Source of the DNA: Nostoc sp.
GTDB lineage: Bacteria > Cyanobacteriota > Cyanobacteriia > Cyanobacteriales > Nostocaceae
DNA length: 64,000 bases
NCBI GenBank assembly: GCA_036918135.1
Contig: JBALDB010000008.1
Location: forward strand, 120,485-184,484
Direction: 5' to 3'
The notes below the pieces were generated by a model. It saw only the letters and a list, made by a program, of their open reading frames with translations, did not search any database and was not told where the DNA came from. Positions 60,499 to 64,000 of this stretch are shown piece by piece. Both the position numbers and the translations under genes were made by a program. Each line of letters begins with the position of its first letter. The stretch's first letter is position 1.

Positions 60499-61470
60499 AT
60501 GATTGCTAGACCGAAAGTTTTTATTGATGGGGAATCGGGAACCACAGGCTTACAGATTTATTCACGCCTCAATCAACGCGATGACATAGAGTTAGTTAGC
60601 ATTGAGACATCTAAACGAAAAGATGCAACTGAGCGAGCTAAACTGATTAATGCCGTAGATGTTGTGATTCTCTGCCTACCTGATGACGCCGCCCGCGAAG
60701 CTGTTAGCTTAGTTAGTAATACTAGCGTTAAAATTCTTGATGCAAGTACTGCTCATCGCACAGCCCAAGGCTGGGTATATGGCTTCCCCGAACTCAATCC
60801 AGGACAACGAGAAAAAATTGCTAGCGCCCAGTTTGTGAGTAATCCTGGCTGTTATCCTACAGGATTCTTGGCTTGTATCCGGCCGTTGATTGCCAAAGGA
60901 CTTTTAAAAACTGACTTTCCCGTCACCGTAAATGCAGTGTCAGGTTATTCTGGTGGTGGCAAAAATCTGATTCAAAAGTATGATATTTTCCACAAACAGC
61001 AAGCCGGGGGAGAGTCGCTTTATCCCTATGGCATTTACGGTTTGCAGTTTGGGCATAAACACGTTAAGGAAATGCATTACTATTCGGGGTTAGCATCGCC
61101 GCCGCTGTTTGTACCGTCAGTAGGGGATTTTGAGCAAGGAATGTTAGTACAAGTGCCTTTGCCGTTGGGGATTTTGGATAATCCACCATCAGGTAAGGTA
61201 ATCTATGAAGCGATCGCTGACTACTACCAAAGTGAAAAGTTTGTCCGGGTTGCTCCGTTGGCAGAACCTACGCTTCTTAGAGACGGAACGTTTCTAGATG
61301 CTAAGGCAATGAATGATACCAACTTTGTTCAGGTTTTTGTTTTTGCAAATGATGCTACCAAAGAAGTCTTGCTAGTTGCTCGTCTTGATAACCTGGGTAA
61401 AGGCGCATCCGGAGCCGCAGTTCAAAATCTCAACATCATGTTGGGCTTTCCAGAAGAGTTGGGATTGTGA
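60499..61470 (+). CDS. argC: N-acetyl-gamma-glutamyl-phosphate reductase (type 2)
   Basis: FIDGESGTTGL, DASTAHR, NPGCYPTG, SGYSGGG, LDNLGKGASGAAVQN. Confidence 0.95.
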   Translation: MIARPKVFIDGESGTTGLQIYSRLNQRDDIELVSIETSKRKDATERAKLINAVDVVILCLPDDAAREAVSLVSNTSVKILDASTAHRTAQGWVYGFPELNPGQREKIASAQFVSNPGCYPTGFLACIRPLIAKGLLKTDFPVTVNAVSGYSGGGKNLIQKYDIFHKQQAGGESLYPYGIYGLQFGHKHVKEMHYYSGLASPPLFVPSVGDFEQGMLVQVPLPLGILDNPPSGKVIYEAIADYYQSEKFVRVAPLAEPTLLRDGTFLDAKAMNDTNFVQVFVFANDATKEVLLVARLDNLGKGASGAAVQNLNIMLGFPEELGL

Positions 61471-61510
61471 TGAGGGTTGGGGGGTGGGAAGTAGAAAGAT
61501 GAGGAGATGT

Positions 61511-61575
61511 GGTTCGACTTCGCGGTAGTTGAGTTTCGACTTCGCTTAACTACCGCATAGTCGAAACTCACCAAC
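61511..61575. repeat. Nested SDR1-like small dispersed repeats within an STRR tract
   Basis: ggttcgacttcgc...gagtttcgacttcgc...agtcgaaactcacc. Confidence 0.55.
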
Positions 61576-61657
61576 TGGGAGATGAGGAGACTAACAGGTA
61601 AAGAAAATAATTCCTAACTCATCAGTCATCAATCAACAGTCAACACTCCCATTCCGA

Positions 61658-62647
61658 TTATCTTGCTTTTTCTTTTAGTTTTTTGAATAATTTAATTACA
61701 TGATGTTCAAATCCTTTGTTGCGTTCTTCAACTGATTCAATTAACGGTTTATCAAACAGATTCAGGACATTGTTACCTAATTGAATACCTAAAGGTTTTA
61801 AATGTCCACCAGCCAAACTTTCCCGAAAATTTGGCTGTGGTTTTCGGAAAATATTAAAAAACCAATCACAGGTTAATTTAGCAATATTATCTGATTGGAA
61901 ACAGACTAAACCCATAATATTAAATAACTCGCTATCCTTGATTAAATTATGGGTTTCTTCAATGGTTGGTTTCACGCCCAAACCTAGATTATCGATGATA
62001 TCCGCTAAAAATTGAGGGCGAATTGCGCTAGCTGTGCTAGTAATAGCAGGTGCTAATAAAATAGAAATCTGTCCTTTAATAAAGATGCTGTTAATTTTGA
62101 CCTCTCGACCTACATAAGTACAAATTAATTTCTGAACTTCTTTAATTTTTTGTTTCAGTTCCTCAACAAGAATATTAATGTCTGCAATTACAGTTTCGAT
62201 TTGTGACTCATCTGAAGTGTAAGATAGAAGATTGCGAATAAACTGTTCTCTAGCTTGAGCTTCTGGAGGCAAAGCAGTAAATCCTTCTAATAAGGAGATA
62301 TATTTACAGCCAAGGCTATGTCCAATCCAAGAAAAGTTTTTATCATTTAGATACGCTTCGTAGTCGTATCCTTCAACAGTTGCCATTCTCACAAGTTCTG
62401 GTAGAATTTCATATTGCTCTCTCATGAGAAAACCAGCTTCTACATAATGATTAAAACTGAAATTAAACGGTAGAATGATAATTGTATATCCCTGCTCATA
62501 TAAAGATTGCAACAGATAACGATAGAAAAACATGGGGAAAAACGTACCAAAGAAAGCCCCTGCAATAAATTGAATTACCCCTTTAGGCTGTGGATGAAGG
62601 GCAACCCAACTATGAGAAACTGATTTAAATCTCAGTTTTAGATTCAT
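61658..62647 (-). CDS. DUF1350 family alpha/beta-hydrolase-like protein
   Basis: PKGVIQFIAGAFFG, WIGHSLGCK, GGHLKP. Confidence 0.82.
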   Translation of the reverse strand: MNLKLRFKSVSHSWVALHPQPKGVIQFIAGAFFGTFFPMFFYRYLLQSLYEQGYTIIILPFNFSFNHYVEAGFLMREQYEILPELVRMATVEGYDYEAYLNDKNFSWIGHSLGCKYISLLEGFTALPPEAQAREQFIRNLLSYTSDESQIETVIADINILVEELKQKIKEVQKLICTYVGREVKINSIFIKGQISILLAPAITSTASAIRPQFLADIIDNLGLGVKPTIEETHNLIKDSELFNIMGLVCFQSDNIAKLTCDWFFNIFRKPQPNFRESLAGGHLKPLGIQLGNNVLNLFDKPLIESVEERNKGFEHHVIKLFKKLKEKAR

Positions 62648-62817
62648 ATTTACCTTGACTTATTTGTAAGTATATGCTGAATCTCCAAACTGAAGTTGCT
62701 GCTTTTCGGAATTTTTTGGAGATATTTTGCATAACTGAGATATTTCGCTATTCATAGCGGTAATCTTTTAGTGGTTCTCAGTCAAGGTATGAGACTGGCA
62801 AACATCGTATCGCGATC

Positions 62818-62910
62818 GCAACGAATCGCTTTAAACGCTTGATACCAGTCTTAGCGCCATTGATTGCGATCGCATCTGCGTTACTCGTTGGTGCAATCCT
62901 CGTAGTGCAG
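62818..62910 (+). pseudogene. Short fragment resembling an ABC permease N-terminal TM helix
   Basis: TNRFKRLIPVLAPLIAIASALLVGAILVV, with no intact ORF. Confidence 0.35.
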
Positions 62911-63456
62911 ACATACCGATGACTGTAGTTTACGCGATTGAGACATTGACTGTATTGTTTATAATTAATTAAAAATCTAAAAATTTGACAACAAATATCT
63001 AAAAATTTGACAAATTTATCAAAATATTATTTATCTCTATATCATAATTTTAGCAACTTTTGACTTGATTCTACAATATTTTAGTCAATTTTTTTCAGTT
63101 ATTGGATAAAAAATCTATAGGTTTGATAAATCTATCAAAACATTTTTCATTGCTCTTATTAATTAAATCACATAGATTGTAAATGTGAGTAGCATGGGTT
63201 AACAATTGGTTATCTTCAATTTATAAGATAAACAAATAACCAAAGCTACTAACTATTTTACTAACAAAAAATCGTCGAATAGACTTAGTTTTGTCTTTTG
63301 ATGTAGCTGTAGGAATTTGATTAAATTTGGGAAAAGCTAATCTGATTGAAAGCTTACTGAATACAGTTTTGATTCCAGTCGTACCTAGCAAGATTCAATT
63401 CAGATTTCTATAGGCTAGTAAGATTTTTATGTTAAAAATTAGGAGGATTAGTACAG

Positions 63457-64000
63457 ATGGCAGATTCAATTAATGGTGGTAGCGGTAACTCCTCTACTGG
63501 TGGGGACAATCCTATAAGAAATTCACCCTTCGGTCGCCTGAGTGAAGTTCTCACTGACGAAGAACTCTCCAAGTTATTTAGTGGTGTTGGTAATGGAGAA
63601 GGTGGCGGTAATCCATTCGGTGGCAGTGGCAGTAAGCCGGATTTGCCATATGATGGTAATCCTTTCGCTGGTGACAACTTTTGGGATATCTTTGCAGACG
63701 GTGTAAATCCATCGGCTGGGGGTGGCGGGCGCGACCCTTTGACTGGTGCTGGTGCTGGCAGCCAAAGCACTAGTATCAGCACAACTGAAATACCCGACGG
63801 GTTCGATTTAAGAGTTACTATTGACAGCCTGGTTAACTCAAGATTAAACAAAGAACTAGGTGATGGCAAAATCCCATCATTCGATCCTAGTAAAATACCG
63901 TCGTCTGGTGGTGGATTCGATCCTAGTAAAATACCGTCGTCTGGTGGTGGATTCGATCCTAGCCAAATTCCATCATTTGGTGGTGGTGGATTCGATCCTA
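63457..64000 (+). CDS. Gly/Ser/Pro-rich repeat protein (runs off the window; not in the ORF track)
   Basis: AGGAGG RBS and ATG at 63457; open to the window end: MADSINGGSGN...GNPF..GNPFAGDNFWD...(FDPSKIPSSGGG)n. Confidence 0.8.
   Translation, partial: MADSINGGSGNSSTGGDNPIRNSPFGRLSEVLTDEELSKLFSGVGNGEGGGNPFGGSGSKPDLPYDGNPFAGDNFWDIFADGVNPSAGGGGRDPLTGAGAGSQSTSISTTEIPDGFDLRVTIDSLVNSRLNKELGDGKIPSFDPSKIPSSGGGFDPSKIPSSGGGFDPSQIPSFGGGGFDP

Larger units (their letters stand above)
1..64000. repeat. HIP1 octamer GCGATCGC, highly iterated throughout
   Basis: Many occurrences in coding and intergenic DNA (e.g. 872, 11118, 52875, 52912, 54059). Confidence 0.95.

Noticed and set aside
63432..63869. Minus-strand 145-aa and 63-aa ORFs
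   Set aside because: Antisense shadows of the plus-strand ORF starting at 63457, which has a strong RBS.

Overview
Chromosomal segment of a filamentous, probably heterocyst-forming cyanobacterium (Nostocaceae-like). This is inferred from abundant HIP1 octamers (GCGATCGC), STRR heptamer repeats, xisH/xisI and a TftA-like amidase. Core genes are plsX-fabH-fabD, a DnaJ/CbpA-type chaperone, glgC, a GH13 neopullulanase, rpoZ, tRNA-Pro(GGG), dnaG, glpK and argC. Four accessory regions lie between them. (1) 2.8-7.3 kb: an AT-rich six-gene biosynthetic-looking operon with two paralogous M29/CgnB-E-like metalloproteins, a glycosyltransferase, two methyltransferase-like genes and a MATE exporter. Every gene is damaged, by nonsense codons or by deletions that fuse neighbouring genes. 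(2) 10.6-14.9 kb: an S8 protease, a YD/Ca-loop/RTX/bluetail secreted protein and a free-standing copy of the protease propeptide. (3) 24-41.3 kb: a defence/signalling island with a fused BsuBI/PstI-type methyltransferase-endonuclease, CheB-GAF, two double-kinase hybrid histidine kinases, PAS-REC, xisHI and several gene remnants. (4) 49-60.4 kb: a PaoABC-like Mo aldehyde oxidoreductase locus with xdhC and mocA. It is interrupted by unrelated genes whose junctions carry copies of a HIP1-anchored repeat of about 46-70 bp. Several MITE families and very small repeats are dispersed, some inserted in-frame in proteins. All calls are from motif recognition by eye; no database searches were run.
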